NCBI GenBank assembly: GCA_038825775.1
Contig: JAWBOW010000001.1
Location: 1 to 54,034 of the forward strand
Direction of reading: 5' to 3'
Origin: Candidatus Woesearchaeota archaeon
GTDB taxonomy: Archaea > Nanobdellota > Nanobdellia > Woesearchaeales > WAPY01
Length of the DNA: 54,034 nt
The notes below the pieces were generated by a model. The model did not search any database. It saw nothing but the letters and a program-made list of their open reading frames with translations, and was not told the DNA's origin. A program made the translations under genes and the position numbers. Below, piece by piece: positions 16,864-29,000 of the stretch (position 1 is the first letter of the stretch; every line of letters starts with the position of its first letter).

Positions 16864-17481
16864 TTAAGCCCTTCCCCGGCTTTCTCCCTCAATCATTGCA
16901 GAAGCAATCAAGTGTGCAATTCTTAATGGTTCTGGAATTAGCGATCTTGTTGTAGTAATCTGAATTATTCTCTTAGCATAATTTTCAGAACAACCAAATT
17001 TTTGATAATAAACAAAGCCAGAGATGTTTGAGTTTTTAACAAAAACCCTTTTTATGCTGCCTGCTTTTTTCATTATTTCTTCTCTAAGATCTGATTTAGT
17101 AGTGTGCTTTATTGCCTCAAAGATTTCCTTAAAATTTGGGATCTTTCTCATTATTATTAATATTGGAATACCTGTTTTTTTATAAAGTTCTTCTACATCT
17201 ATGACATTAAAACCCCCTAATGATATCCCATCAAAAAGTATTGCTTTTAATTGTGGGTAAAACTTTGATCTTTTTATTGCCTCAGAAATCTTTTTTGTTG
17301 AGTTAAAACCATCAATTCTTACCTTTGTTTTCAGCACGCCTTCAAAATAAAGCCCTCCTCTAAAAACAACTCCTACAACTAAAACATTTTTGTTCTTATT
17401 GAATTTTTCAAAAGGACCGTCATCAAAACCAATAACCCTTACTTCTTTCTTTAAAATTTTTTCATTATTAAAGGATTCCAT
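16864..17481 (-). CDS. UPF0215/DUF99 family protein
   Basis: 205 aa. The N-terminal VRVIGFDDGPF.. and VVGVVFRGG.., FDGISLGGFNV pattern matches my memory of the archaeal DUF99 family, which I believe has been linked to a dU-directed endonuclease. Not verified. Confidence 0.65.
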   Translation of the reverse strand: MESFNNEKILKKEVRVIGFDDGPFEKFNKNKNVLVVGVVFRGGLYFEGVLKTKVRIDGFNSTKKISEAIKRSKFYPQLKAILFDGISLGGFNVIDVEELYKKTGIPILIIMRKIPNFKEIFEAIKHTTKSDLREEIMKKAGSIKRVFVKNSNISGFVYYQKFGCSENYAKRIIQITTTRSLIPEPLRIAHLIASAMIEGESRGRA

Positions 17482-17537
17482 AATTCTTAATAAAGAATAG
17501 AAGTATTAAAATTTATCTTAAATTAAAAAAAATAAGT

Positions 17538-18293
17538 TCATGGTCTGAATATGTAGTTTTTGTTTAGCATAATATTATTGAGCCCAAAATAAATTTTTGA
17601 TTTACTCTCTTCTCTTAGTATTTGCATTAAAATATTTTTTTCATCTTTTGTCATTCCATTTTTTATAAGAGAAGGAATTTTTCTTTCAAACTTTATGAAA
17701 TTTTTGGCATCATTTTCAATTCCATTACCTTTTATTATATTGTAAAGTTTTTCAAAATAGGAAGGCATTTCTCTAATTTTAGAATTGTTTCTTTCGAAAT
17801 CTATAAAAGACTCATAGTATGAAAATAGTGCCTTAAAAATATAAGTTAATTTTTTACAAATGTTTTTTCTCTTTTTATCTGTTCCATAATTAGAATCTAA
17901 TTCTGGTTTAAGATATTCTTTATAGAAGTTTTCAAACAATTCGTAATTAAAAGGTTTATCTTTTAACAATATGTCAAAAATTTTTTCTGCATAATTTAAA
18001 GAAAGATTAAATAAAGCTTCAATATTCTCAGAATTTTCATTGTATTTTTTATTATTTTTAGATTCTAAAGCTGTCTCAAAACTCAGGAGAAGATTATTTA
18101 GCGTATCTGTTAAGATAGTTTTTTTATTATTCCTTCTTGAGGTAATATTTATATTAAAACTTTTAAAACAATCGTATAAGTCTTTATATTCTTCTTTTAT
18201 AAAGTTTAGTTTTGTTTTGTCTGAAGTGTTATTGTATATCTTTTTTTCTAATCCTAATTCATTTTTTAATGCATAATTATTATTCTCATTCAT
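17538..18293 (-). CDS. hypothetical N/K-rich helical protein, 251 aa
   Basis: Long ORF with no family recognised. Shares two colinear motifs with the next gene (..KEEYKDLYDCFKSF.., ..KPFNYELFENFYKEYLKPELD..). Confidence 0.65.
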   Translation of the reverse strand: MNENNNYALKNELGLEKKIYNNTSDKTKLNFIKEEYKDLYDCFKSFNINITSRRNNKKTILTDTLNNLLLSFETALESKNNKKYNENSENIEALFNLSLNYAEKIFDILLKDKPFNYELFENFYKEYLKPELDSNYGTDKKRKNICKKLTYIFKALFSYYESFIDFERNNSKIREMPSYFEKLYNIIKGNGIENDAKNFIKFERKIPSLIKNGMTKDEKNILMQILREESKSKIYFGLNNIMLNKNYIFRP

Positions 18294-18405
18294 AAGACTC
18301 TTGTTTTTAAGAAACTCATATATAAATCTTTCTATTTTTTATTACTTATCAATGACTAAACAAGAGCATAGAGTTTTTATTTTTGATAAATGATCTTTCT
18401 TGATT

Positions 18406-18963
18406 TCATCCATTTTTAAGTTTTGATTCCATATAGTTTATAGTTTTCTCTAAGGCAACCTTTTTTTCAGGACTAATCTTTTCTAACCTCTGGATTTCCT
18501 TTTCTTCTGCTATTTTTATCGTTTCTAAAATGTCAGGATAGTTTTTAAATGAATCCTTAAGAGCAGAATACAAACTAAACCCCTCCTTATTTGCTATATC
18601 TCGAGGTAGATTTTGTAAAAACTCTTTTGTTCTGTTAATTAAAATTCTAAATTTTTCTTTATCATCAAGCTTTTTGTTCTTTTCGTTTATTTCTCTCTTT
18701 ACAAATTGTTTATATACTTCTTCAAAAATCAAATAATCAATAAAGATCGGCTTTCCGTACGAATCTCTAAAAACAGACCGTTCAAACGGATTTATGAATT
18801 CTTTGAGAAAATCATCAATACTTTTATACTCCTTAACTATCATAGAAAGCAATTTTTCAATACCTCGATCTGAGTTTCTGCAATAATTACTCCTGCAAAA
18901 GTTTAGAATGTTAATAATAAGTTCATTTTTTTTATAAAATATATCCCTTTTTTCGTTGTTCAT
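18406..18963 (-). CDS. hypothetical helical protein, 185 aa (distant paralog of 17538..18293)
   Basis: Motifs ..VKEYKSIDDFLKEF.. and ..KPIFIDYLIFEEVYKQFVKREIN.. occur in the same order as in the downstream neighbour. Confidence 0.65.
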   Translation of the reverse strand: MNNEKRDIFYKKNELIINILNFCRSNYCRNSDRGIEKLLSMIVKEYKSIDDFLKEFINPFERSVFRDSYGKPIFIDYLIFEEVYKQFVKREINEKNKKLDDKEKFRILINRTKEFLQNLPRDIANKEGFSLYSALKDSFKNYPDILETIKIAEEKEIQRLEKISPEKKVALEKTINYMESKLKNG

Positions 18964-19188
18964 TTTTAATAATAATTCTATATTTTGGTATATAAAATTT
19001 TTCTTTTTTTATCTATTCAGAAGTAGAAATAAAATTGATTGTCTTATTCAAATATAATTAAAAATTTTATAAGTTAAATCACTGAACAAGTAAGAAATAA
19101 GAAATGAATATAAAAATTAATAATAAGACAAATAATAAGATAGAATGTAAAAGGTTAAATTTATAAAGAATAAAAAAAGTTATTCGCT

Positions 19189-21027
19189 ATGGATATTAAG
19201 GCCAAATTGTTGATTATCTATCGCTGGGCTCCATTTGTTCTAATATTAACAGCAATCTTATTGGGTTTAATAAAATCTCAGTCAAGGAATTATTGGCTCA
19301 CAGACGCTAATGTTAATATTACTATTAACAGAGAAGGAGAAATATATATTAGAGAAGACATTGGTTATAAGTTTAAGGGATGCTAGAGAGAAGTTTACAG
19401 GAAGATTAACATATTATATCCTAATTCTGTTGTTAAAAATTTGGATAAAAGAATGATAAAAGAGCCGTTTATTTATTTTCTTGAAGCAAGTTGTATTCCG
19501 GAATGCAAAATCATAGAAAGCTCTGATGAAATTATAGGAAACTTTGAAAGAATATGCAATTCCAATGCAAGATTCATTCTTAAATACAACGTATTAAAGG
19601 GTATTGTTATTGGTAATGATATTGCAGAATTTCATTATAAAATTTGGGGGGAAGGTTGGGATAAGCCTCTTTCAAGATTAAATGGTGAGATAATTCTTCC
19701 TGAAGGTGTTTCAAATGATTCAGTCATTGTTTATTTCCATCCGGAAAAGAGTATAAAGAACTACTCATTCAAAGGCGAAAAGATTTCATTCTCAACTAAT
19801 AAATTGTATGGTTATTTAGAAGTGAGAATCCTGATGCCAAAAGACGCATTCCTTTATTCAAATAATTCCCACTTATATTATGAGAACTTCCTATTTAATT
19901 CTGAATTAGAGAAAGAAAACATAATTAAAATTGAAGAGGAGTATTCAAAATGGTATAATAGACGCTATATTTTTTTGTCATGCTTAGTATATTTTTATCT
20001 CGCATTTTTGATCTTTACACCAATACTAATTTATATTAAATATGGAAAAGAGCCAAAAATATCTTATAAGGGAATATTTGAAAGGGAACCTGTAAAGGGA
20101 ATAAAACCCTATATTGCAAATGCACTTTGTAATTCTAATCCTGGTTACATAAACGAGAACGCCATAACAGCAACTCTACTTGACTTAGTAAGGAGAAAAC
20201 ACATTAAATTATACGAGATTCCTAACAAAAATAGGGCAAAAGACCTTGTTTTTGAATTTTTAGACAACCCACATGACATGCTAACAGAACCAGAAAAGAT
20301 TGTTTATGATTTTTTTAAGAGTTTTTCTACTTCAGGAAAACTTGTATGGAATGATTTTTTAAATTCTTTGAAAAAAGAAGAGAATGCTTTAAGATTTATC
20401 AGATTTAAAGAAAAGTTCAGTAAGAGCATCAGAGAACACCACGACCTAAAAAAATATTTTAACTCAACAGGATATATCCTAATATGGGTGTTTTTAATTT
20501 TAGTTGCAATTTTAACATCGTATTTAATTTACATCTTAGGCGACTCTGTAAAGGCAGGGATTCCAATAGGAATTGTATATTTCCGATTATTTACTCTAGT
20601 TCCGATACTTTATATTTATTTTATAATATTGGTTTCTCTCCCTCAAAGGATATTTGGTAAATTCACCAAAGAAGGATACGAAATTTATTTAAAACTAATA
20701 AATTTCAGAAAGTTCATAACAAATATGACCCTACTCAAAAGATACCCTCCAGCTTCAATAATAATTTGGGAAGAATACCTTGTTTATGCTTGTGCATTTG
20801 GAGTCGCGGATAAGGTAATAAAGGAGATGAAAATTATAGTTCCAGAATATACAATGCAATCTAGTTCGCTATATTTTGCGTATAATGTTTCTACACTTAA
20901 AACAATAGATTCATCATACTTTACAGCAATTAGACATGCAGGTGTTTCAGGTAGCAGTAGTGGAGGGTTTTCTGGTGGTGGCGGGGTTGGTGGTGGTTTT
21001 GGTGGAGGTGGAGGTGGTGCAAGGTAA
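19189..21027 (+). pseudogene. DUF2207-family membrane protein interrupted by a single in-frame TAG (19384-19386)
   Basis: Track ORFs 19189..19386 and 19441..21027 are in the same frame, and the 54 nt between them have no other stop. The joined protein has a signal/TM, a DUF2207-like N-domain (..IGYKFKGC*REVYRKI.. across the stop), TM helices and the typical Gly-rich tail (SGGFSGGGGVGGGFGGGGGG). It could equally be a sequencing error or a read-through site. Confidence 0.55.
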
Positions 21028-21233
21028 AATTTTTGATTATGAATTTTTTAAATAATTATTAAATGATTAAAATAAAAGTGATTCTTAAACAAAGTTAAAA
21101 ATTATTTTTAAAATAAAAACGCAGTTTATATTAAAAAAAATTTTTTAATAGTATTAAAATAATTTTAGTAAGATTTAAATATTAGAATTAAAGTTAAAAT
21201 TTGTGCAATATAAACAAAATATAAGGTGTTATT

Positions 21234-22991
21234 ATGTGCGGAATAATTGCTTTCAAATCAAGGGAAAAGATTAGTGTGAATGACTACTTAATAGCCGGCT
21301 TGAAAAAGCTTGAGTATAGGGGTTATGATTCTTTCGGAGTTGCGTATAAAGGCAATTCTGTTAATATTATAAAAAGAGTTGGTAAAATAGGAAACTTTAA
21401 TCTTGACAGAGAAATAATTTCAGAACAAGGAATAGCACACACTAGATGGGCTACTCATGGGGGTGTTAATGAAATAAATGCTCATCCTCACCATTCACAA
21501 AACAAAAAAATAATTGCAGTTCATAATGGAATAATTGAAAACTATCAAGAACTAAAAGAATTCTTGTTAAAAAATGGTTATAAATTTTACTCAGAAACAG
21601 ACACAGAAGTTATTCCACAACTAATTCAATACTTTATGGATTGTGGAGATAATTTTTTAGAAGCAAGTAAGAAAACATTCAAAAAACTAGAAGGAAGCTT
21701 TGCAGTTGTTATAATGTATGAAGATGAAATGATAGGGGCTAGAGATGGTTCTCCACTAGTTCTTGGTTTTGATGAAAAAACCTACTTTATGGCATCAGAT
21801 GTTCCAGCATTTCTAAAACACACAAACAAAGTAATATTTTTAGATGATGGAGAAATGGTTTACATAAGTAGGGATAACAAAATAAGTTTTTACAATTATA
21901 AAAGTGACAGGATTGTTGAGAAAAATAAAACAGAGATTAATTATAGCATTGAAGAAGCAGAAAAGGGTTCTTATGAACATTTCATGCTAAAAGAAATTGA
22001 CGAGCAAAAATTCACAATAAAGAGAGCAATACAACAGGATAAAGAGCTAATAAGAAAAGTAGTTGAGGAAATAAAGAATGCAAAGGGAATATTCTTTATT
22101 GGAGCAGGAACAAGCTATCATGCTTGCTTTGCAGCATCATACTTATTCTCTCACATTGCAAAGATGCATGTGAATGTTGTCCTTGCATCAGAATTCCCAA
22201 ACTATGAAGATTTTATAAATGAAAAAACATTAGTAATAGCATTATCACAATCAGGAGAAACAGCTGATGTTTTAGAAGCAGTGAAATCTGCAAAGAAAAA
22301 AAATGCTAAGATAATATCAATAGTAAATGTTGTTGGATCGTCACTAACAAGATTATCAGATTATAGCATAATGATGAATGCTGGTCCTGAAATTTGCGTT
22401 TTAAGCACAAAAAGCTATACATCACAATTAGCAATAATATTATTGTTAGCTTATAGCATAATCGGAAAACAAGAAGAAGCAAAAAAGATTATTGAAAAAG
22501 TTTCAAAAATAGTTCCTGAGATAATAAACAAAAAAGAAGAAATCTTTAAAATAGCAGAAATACTTAAGGATAAAAAAGACATATTCTTAATAGGAAGGAA
22601 TTCAGAATATGCAACAGCACTTGAAGGTGCTCTAAAAATAAAAGAAGTAAGCTATATTCATGCAGAAGGATTTGCAGGTGGAGAATTAAAACATGGAACA
22701 ATAGCTCTAATAGAAGAAAAAACTCCGGTAATAGTTTTTGCATCAGAAAGAACAAGAAAACAAATCATTAGTAATGCGATGGAAGTAAAGGCAAGAGGAG
22801 CATACGTTATAGGAATAAGCTCTGAGAACAATGAAGTTTTTGACGAATTTATAAAGCTTGAAGAAATAGAAAACGCAAACAACATTTTAATGATAATTCC
22901 AATACAAATACTAGCTTATAAATTAGCTGTTTTAAGAGGGCTTGATCCTGACAAGCCAAGAAACCTTGCAAAATCCGTAACCGTAAAATAA
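21234..22991 (+). CDS. glmS: glutamine--fructose-6-phosphate aminotransferase
   Basis: MCGI N-terminal nucleophile, two SIS domains (GAGTSYHA, SQSGETADV) and the C-terminal LAKSVTVK. Confidence 0.95.
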   Translation: MCGIIAFKSREKISVNDYLIAGLKKLEYRGYDSFGVAYKGNSVNIIKRVGKIGNFNLDREIISEQGIAHTRWATHGGVNEINAHPHHSQNKKIIAVHNGIIENYQELKEFLLKNGYKFYSETDTEVIPQLIQYFMDCGDNFLEASKKTFKKLEGSFAVVIMYEDEMIGARDGSPLVLGFDEKTYFMASDVPAFLKHTNKVIFLDDGEMVYISRDNKISFYNYKSDRIVEKNKTEINYSIEEAEKGSYEHFMLKEIDEQKFTIKRAIQQDKELIRKVVEEIKNAKGIFFIGAGTSYHACFAASYLFSHIAKMHVNVVLASEFPNYEDFINEKTLVIALSQSGETADVLEAVKSAKKKNAKIISIVNVVGSSLTRLSDYSIMMNAGPEICVLSTKSYTSQLAIILLLAYSIIGKQEEAKKIIEKVSKIVPEIINKKEEIFKIAEILKDKKDIFLIGRNSEYATALEGALKIKEVSYIHAEGFAGGELKHGTIALIEEKTPVIVFASERTRKQIISNAMEVKARGAYVIGISSENNEVFDEFIKLEEIENANNILMIIPIQILAYKLAVLRGLDPDKPRNLAKSVTVK

Positions 22992-23022
22992 AAAAACTGA
23001 AAAATAAAAAAATTAGAATAAT

Positions 23023-23328
23023 ATGAAAAAGAAAAAACTCGAAAAGGAAAAGAGAAAAGATTCAAAAAACAAAGATAAAAAAACAATATACAAGAAAGTA
23101 TCAGAACAAAAAATAATAAGAGAAACAAACAAAAGAGAAAAAAGCATTCAAAACAAGCAGGTTTTAGAACAAGACAATAAAGGAGAAAACAAATTAGAAA
23201 ATGAAACAGAAAAGGAAAAAATAGGTTATTCAGAGTGTCCTGAATGTGGTTCAAAAAATCTTATTAGCGAAAAAGGAGAAATTTATTGTAAGGACTGCGG
23301 TTATGTTTTAGAAGAAAAGGAAGAATAA
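23023..23328 (+). CDS. K/E-rich mini-protein with a TFIIB-type zinc ribbon
   Basis: 101 aa. About 65 aa of lysine/glutamate low complexity, then CPECGSKNLISEKGEIYCKDCGYVL (CxxC-x15-CxxC). Lies between glmS and glmM on the same strand. Confidence 0.7.
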   Translation: MKKKKLEKEKRKDSKNKDKKTIYKKVSEQKIIRETNKREKSIQNKQVLEQDNKGENKLENETEKEKIGYSECPECGSKNLISEKGEIYCKDCGYVLEEKEE

Positions 23329-23350
23329 AAAAAATAATAAGGTGATTTTT

Positions 23351-24724
23351 GTGAGACAACTCTTTGGTACAGATGGGATTAGGGGAGTAGGAAATTTATA
23401 CCCCCTAGAGCCAGAATTTGTTGTTAGAATAGGAAAGGCAATAGGAATCTATTTTAAAAGAAGAAACGAAAAAAATGGAAACAACAAAAAAACAACAATT
23501 GTTATTGGAAAGGACACAAGAATATCAGGTTATTTGATTGAAAATGCTTTGGTTGCAGGACTTTGTTCTGTAGGAGTAAATGCTTACTTAGTAGGACCAT
23601 TACCAACACCCGCAATCTCTCATCTAGTCAGGAGTTTTGCAGCTGACGCTGGAATAATGATCTCTGCATCTCACAACCCTGCACAAGATAATGGAATAAA
23701 AATATTTGATGATAAAGGTTTTAAGTTAAGTGATGAGGAAGAAGAAGAAATAGAAAAAATAATTTTTTCTGACGAAACTAAAAATTTGAGAATAATAGGT
23801 GCTGATATTGGAAAAGCAAAAAGAATTGATGATGCAAGAGGACGCTATATAGAATTTGCAAAAGCATCAATAAACAACACCTCTCTAAAGGGCTTAAAGG
23901 TTGTGCTTGATTGTGCAAACGGAGCTGCTTACTCAGTAACTCCAAAGATAATTTCAGAATTAGGAGCAGAAGTTATTGTTTTAAACGATAATCCTAATGG
24001 ATTAAACATTAACGAAAAGTGTGGGGCATTACACCCTGAGGTTATTAAGGAAAGAGTTGTTGAAGAGAAGGCAGATATTGGAATAGCATTGGATGGTGAT
24101 GCTGACAGGGTAATAATGGTTGATGAGCATGGAAATGAAATAGATGGAGATCATATACTATTAATGTGTGCTCTAGAATTAAAAAACAAAAACCAACTAA
24201 ACAATAATACTGTTGTTGCTACAGTAATGAGTAATTTTGGACTAGAACTTGCTTTAAAAAAAGCAGGAATAAAACTTGTAAGAGTAGATGTTGGAGATAG
24301 ATACGTGATAGAAGAAATGAAAAAAAACAACTACAATTTAGGAGGAGAACAATCAGGGCACATAATTTTCTTAGATTATACAACAACAGGTGATGGCACA
24401 ATAGCAGCATTACAAGTTTTAAGAATAATGAAAGAAACTCATAAGAAACTTTCAGAACTTTCTAAATTATTAGAAAAAAAACCACAATTTTTGTTTAACG
24501 TTGAAGTAAGAGAAAAAAAACCATTGCATGAAACAGAAAAAACTCATAAGAAAATAAAAGAGATAGAAGAAATACTAAAAGATAATGGCAGGATTTTAGT
24601 AAGGTATTCTGGAACACAAAACCTTTTGAGAATAATGATAGAAGGAAACGATGAGGAAAAGCTAAAAAGATTAGGACAAGAAATTGTTGAAATAGCAGAA
24701 AAAGAATTAGGGGTGAAAAAATGA
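23351..24724 (+). CDS. glmM: phosphoglucosamine mutase
   Basis: [20 protein letters not shown] and GGEQSGH. Start moved to GTG 23351 because the track GTG at 23342 is inside the SD AAGGTG. The stop overlaps the next start (ATGA). Confidence 0.9.
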   Translation: MRQLFGTDGIRGVGNLYPLEPEFVVRIGKAIGIYFKRRNEKNGNNKKTTIVIGKDTRISGYLIENALVAGLCSVGVNAYLVGPLPTPAISHLVRSFAADAGIMISASHNPAQDNGIKIFDDKGFKLSDEEEEEIEKIIFSDETKNLRIIGADIGKAKRIDDARGRYIEFAKASINNTSLKGLKVVLDCANGAAYSVTPKIISELGAEVIVLNDNPNGLNINEKCGALHPEVIKERVVEEKADIGIALDGDADRVIMVDEHGNEIDGDHILLMCALELKNKNQLNNNTVVATVMSNFGLELALKKAGIKLVRVDVGDRYVIEEMKKNNYNLGGEQSGHIIFLDYTTTGDGTIAALQVLRIMKETHKKLSELSKLLEKKPQFLFNVEVREKKPLHETEKTHKKIKEIEEILKDNGRILVRYSGTQNLLRIMIEGNDEEKLKRLGQEIVEIAEKELGVKK

Positions 24725-25962
24725 GCGAGAACAAAAAAAACACTAAAAACAAAAACGAAAAAACTACTGTAATAATGCTTGCTGCTGGAACATCAACAAG
24801 AACATGGCCCTTAACAATAACAAGACCAAAACCATTATTAAAGGTTGCTAACAAAGAAATAATACTTCACAACTTAGAAGCATTAAACAAGATAAAAGAG
24901 ATAAAAGAAGTTATTATTGTTGTTGGTTTTAAAAAAGAAATGATAATTGAATTATTAAACAAAAAGAAGTTCAATTTCAAAATTAGTTTTGTAGAACAAA
25001 AAGAACAGTTAGGAACAGGAGATGCTGTAAAAACAGCTTTTGAAGAAAAAAATCTTGAAGGAAAGATAATAATAATGGGAGGGGATGATTTATTCTCTTA
25101 CAAGGACATAAAAAATTGTGTAAAAGAAGAAAATGCTATATTAGCAAAAGAAGTTGATGATATAAAAAACTTTGGAGCAATAATAAAGGAAAAAGATTTT
25201 CTAAAAGACATTGTTGAAAAGCCAGAAACAAAGATAAGCCGATTAGCAAACACAGGACTTTATGTTGTTGATCACAGCATAATAGAAGAAATAAAAAATA
25301 TAAAGAAAAGCCCAAGAGGAGAGTTTGAATTCATAGATGCAATAAAAGAATTCTCAAAAAGAAAAAAAATAAAGGTTGTAGAAGTGAAGGATTATTGGAT
25401 TCCAATAACATACCCTTGGTCATTATTAGATGCTAATGCTTTTCTGCTTGAAAGAACAAAAGAAAAGATTTTAGGGAAAATAGAAAAAGGAGCAACAATA
25501 AAGGGAAAACTCATTCTTGGAAAAAACTCAATAATAAAATCAGGAGTTTATATTGAAGGACCTGTAATGATTGGAGAAAACTGCATAATAGGACCAAACT
25601 GCTATTTAAGAGCAGGAACAACAATAGGCAACAATTGCCACATTGGACAAGCAGTAGAAATAAAAAACTCAATATTCTTTGACAACTCAAAATGCAACCA
25701 CTTGAGCTATATTGGAGATTCAGTAATTGGTTATAACGTTAATTTAGGAGCAGGAACAATAACAGCAAACTTAAGACATGACAACGCAAGTGTAAAATCA
25801 ATGGTAAAAGGACAACTAATAGACACAAAAAGGAGAAAGTTAGGAACAATAATAGGTGATAATGTTCACACAGGAATACACACTTCTATCTATCCTGGAA
25901 GAAAAATATGGCCTGACAAAACAACACTACCTGGAGAGATTGTTAAGTATGATGTTGAGTGA
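24721..25962 (+). CDS. bifunctional sugar-1-phosphate nucleotidylyltransferase / acetyltransferase (GlmU-like, archaeal type)
   Basis: N-terminal NTP-transferase loop LAAGTSTR and a C-terminal left-handed beta-helix with hexapeptide repeats ([31 protein letters not shown]..). N/K-rich N-terminal tag of about 16 aa. Confidence 0.85.
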   Translation: MSENKKNTKNKNEKTTVIMLAAGTSTRTWPLTITRPKPLLKVANKEIILHNLEALNKIKEIKEVIIVVGFKKEMIIELLNKKKFNFKISFVEQKEQLGTGDAVKTAFEEKNLEGKIIIMGGDDLFSYKDIKNCVKEENAILAKEVDDIKNFGAIIKEKDFLKDIVEKPETKISRLANTGLYVVDHSIIEEIKNIKKSPRGEFEFIDAIKEFSKRKKIKVVEVKDYWIPITYPWSLLDANAFLLERTKEKILGKIEKGATIKGKLILGKNSIIKSGVYIEGPVMIGENCIIGPNCYLRAGTTIGNNCHIGQAVEIKNSIFFDNSKCNHLSYIGDSVIGYNVNLGAGTITANLRHDNASVKSMVKGQLIDTKRRKLGTIIGDNVHTGIHTSIYPGRKIWPDKTTLPGEIVKYDVE

Positions 25963-26028
25963 AAGATTAAAAAAAATAAAAAAATTCTAAAAATTAAAAA
26001 GTTACGAGTTAATACTTTAAGATTATTT

Positions 26029-29000
26029 TTATTTAACGTATATGGGTACGTTAGAGTATTTAATCCAAGTACCTGTAGAAGTTCTGTAAACACCAACTCT
26101 TAAACTACATCGTTCACAAGATATTTTAGGAACCTGCCAAACATAATAAGTTTGACTCAAAGGCAAATTATCAACAATAACTCTCCAATCAGTAAAATTA
26201 CCACTATAATCAAACAAAATTCTAACCCTTAAATCATCACCAACAAAGCCGGACAAAGACCAACTAATCATAAAAGGATAACCACCAACAACAATTTCAC
26301 CACTCCTAGGACTTAACAAGTTAAAAACAGGACTAGAAACACTTTCAATACAAGCACCACCAACACAAGTATAGTTTGAAGGACAAGTCCTCAGCACATC
26401 CTTAATAAAATTACCATCACAATAAAACTCCTTAACATTAAAAGAATCATAACAAGTATCTACATAAGAAACACCACTATAATTAACAACACCCTTAACA
26501 AAAATATTTATACCACCATCCGAATCTTTACAATTCGTTGTAGATTTAACACTTACAGAGTATCCTAATGCATACATATTCTTATTAGAATCGGTAACAT
26601 TAACTTCTATAAAATAATCTCCAGGCACACTCCAAACATAAGCAGCATTACTACCATCAACCGAAACCCTACCATTAGAAGACCAAGAATAATAATAAGG
26701 AGGACTACCACCACTAGCATTCACATAATAATAACCAACCTCATTAACATTCAAACTCTGAGGCCCATTAATATCTACTTTAAGAGGCTCTGAACTTAAA
26801 ACACAAGCCCCATCAACACAAGAATAACCAGAAGGACAAGTAAGTCCGAAAGTACCTAAAAGTCCATCTTTAGTAATAAAACCTTCTATCAATTCTTTTT
26901 CATTCTTACAATAATCATAAACTATTGAAAAACTATAATTACTAATTCTTGGAATTTCTGGATTAGGATACAAACCAAATATGACATCATAATTACTACC
27001 AAGATATTTGCCTCTTGCGTCTCCTTTAACATAAATATCACGATTTTTATATGGATCGAAATTTGATAAACTTGAATAGTCTGGACTATTATCTGTATCG
27101 TATCCTTTATCTACACAAATTCCTTCAAAACATACTTGTGTTTTTGGACACTCAAATAAATAATTAAGAGCCCTATTGTCCTCACAAAAATACTCCATTA
27201 AATAAGGAGAGTAGCGTGTTGGATTACCATTACCGCTCAAATTCCAACAAGTGTCGGTATATGTGAATAAACCGTCATTAACCGAACCCTTAACATAATA
27301 ATTTAAACCGCCGTCAGAATCAGTACAAGTAGCAGGAGTTGCTAATGTTATAGCAACTACTCCAACCATAGTTGGTATCCCACCTATATAAAGTAATGTG
27401 CCATCTTTTAATATATAAGATTCACATTCACTAACTATACCTAAATATTCTACTGTTTCTTTATCTCCTAATTTATATTTTACTGTTAGATTAACTGTCC
27501 TTACATCTGACAACCAATTCCAAGAAAATGAGTATGTTTTTCCATTATGAGTACAATCTGATCCTGATCTATTTTCTAAAGTACATTTAGTTTCTACAGC
27601 ATAATTTATATTATCATAATAAAATGGTTCTGATAATATTTTTTGTGTGTTATTATTATAATTAACAAAAACATTTAGTGACCAATATCCTGACTTAATT
27701 AAGTCAGGAGCCACATTATCAATAATTATAACTTGCTTTCTTCCAGGAACACAACCTCCTATGAAGTTAGTTCTTCTTACACCATCGGGATTGATAAGAT
27801 AATAAACACAGTTTAATATATTTGTGTCTTCACTTATATTAATAACATATTCTAAACAATCATATTTTGAAACATTTTTATCCAAGAGAATTAAAGTGTT
27901 TTCAAAATTACAATCCTGTGGGCAATTACACTTATTTTCAGGGTATTTACAGACACCGTCACCACATTTAGTACAAAAACCCCTGTATGCACTTAAGGGA
28001 ACACATTCTTCCTGTAAGAATTCTATGGGAGGTATTTCAAGAAGTCCCTCACAACAAGTACTATTAAAAGATTCTAAATAACTAGAATCTCTAACACAAA
28101 CCTCCTCAACTTTAACATTTAAAGAAGCACTAGCATTACAAGCAGAATAACCTCGCGCTGGCACGCCATAAACAAAAACACTAACCTCTTTAGCACCAGG
28201 AGAATCCCAACTATAATAAGCAACATCACCACTAGAATTAACCAAACCATCACCCTCCCAAACAAAATACACCTTACTAACACCCTCAGAATAAGAAACA
28301 ACAGCCCTAAACTCATAAATTTCATCAACAACACCATTCATAGTACCATTAATAAAAACCTTCTCCAAAACACAAGGTTTTGAATTATCCTCAAAAACAA
28401 CCATCAACCTAGGAGCATAAAAACTAGAACCCTCCCTAGAATAAAAATAATTATAAACATTATAACCACTCTCATTAACACTCTTCAACAAAAAACCATA
28501 ATTACTCCTAGAAAACAAAAAATCAGAATTATTAGTCAAATCAAAACCGTACCAACCATTAGAATCAACACTAACAATACCAATAGGTTTTGAAGAAAAA
28601 CTAGGCTGATTAGCCCAACTAACATTCTTATCAACCCAGTCAGAAGTAATCCTATAAACACCAACATCAACATTACTCATAAGAGAAGAACTACCACGCC
28701 TATAAACAAACAAAGTAACATTCTTAACCCTCTTATCCTTAGAATAATTATAAATACTAGACAGATCAAAACTAACCAAAGATCTTAAACGCTTACCATT
28801 CTTAACACCAACATACAAAGAACTAGAAGAAAAAAACTTAGAACTAGAACCCTCATAAACATAAGTATCCATCACAGGACCCAACAAAAAACAACCATTC
28901 TCTTTTTTACACTCAGGCAAATCACTAACAACAAAACCCGTAACCTTATCCTCATCATAAAAATTCTTACCAACCAAAAAAACACCAACAAAAGCCAAAG

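Noticed and set aside
19384-19386. In-frame TAG interpreted as pyrrolysine or a reassigned stop codon.
   Set aside because: TAG clearly terminates other good genes in the window (rbcL, taw1, 38561..39271). No pyl genes are visible, and the window also holds a second decayed gene with a TAA. A point mutation, sequencing error or read-through is more parsimonious.
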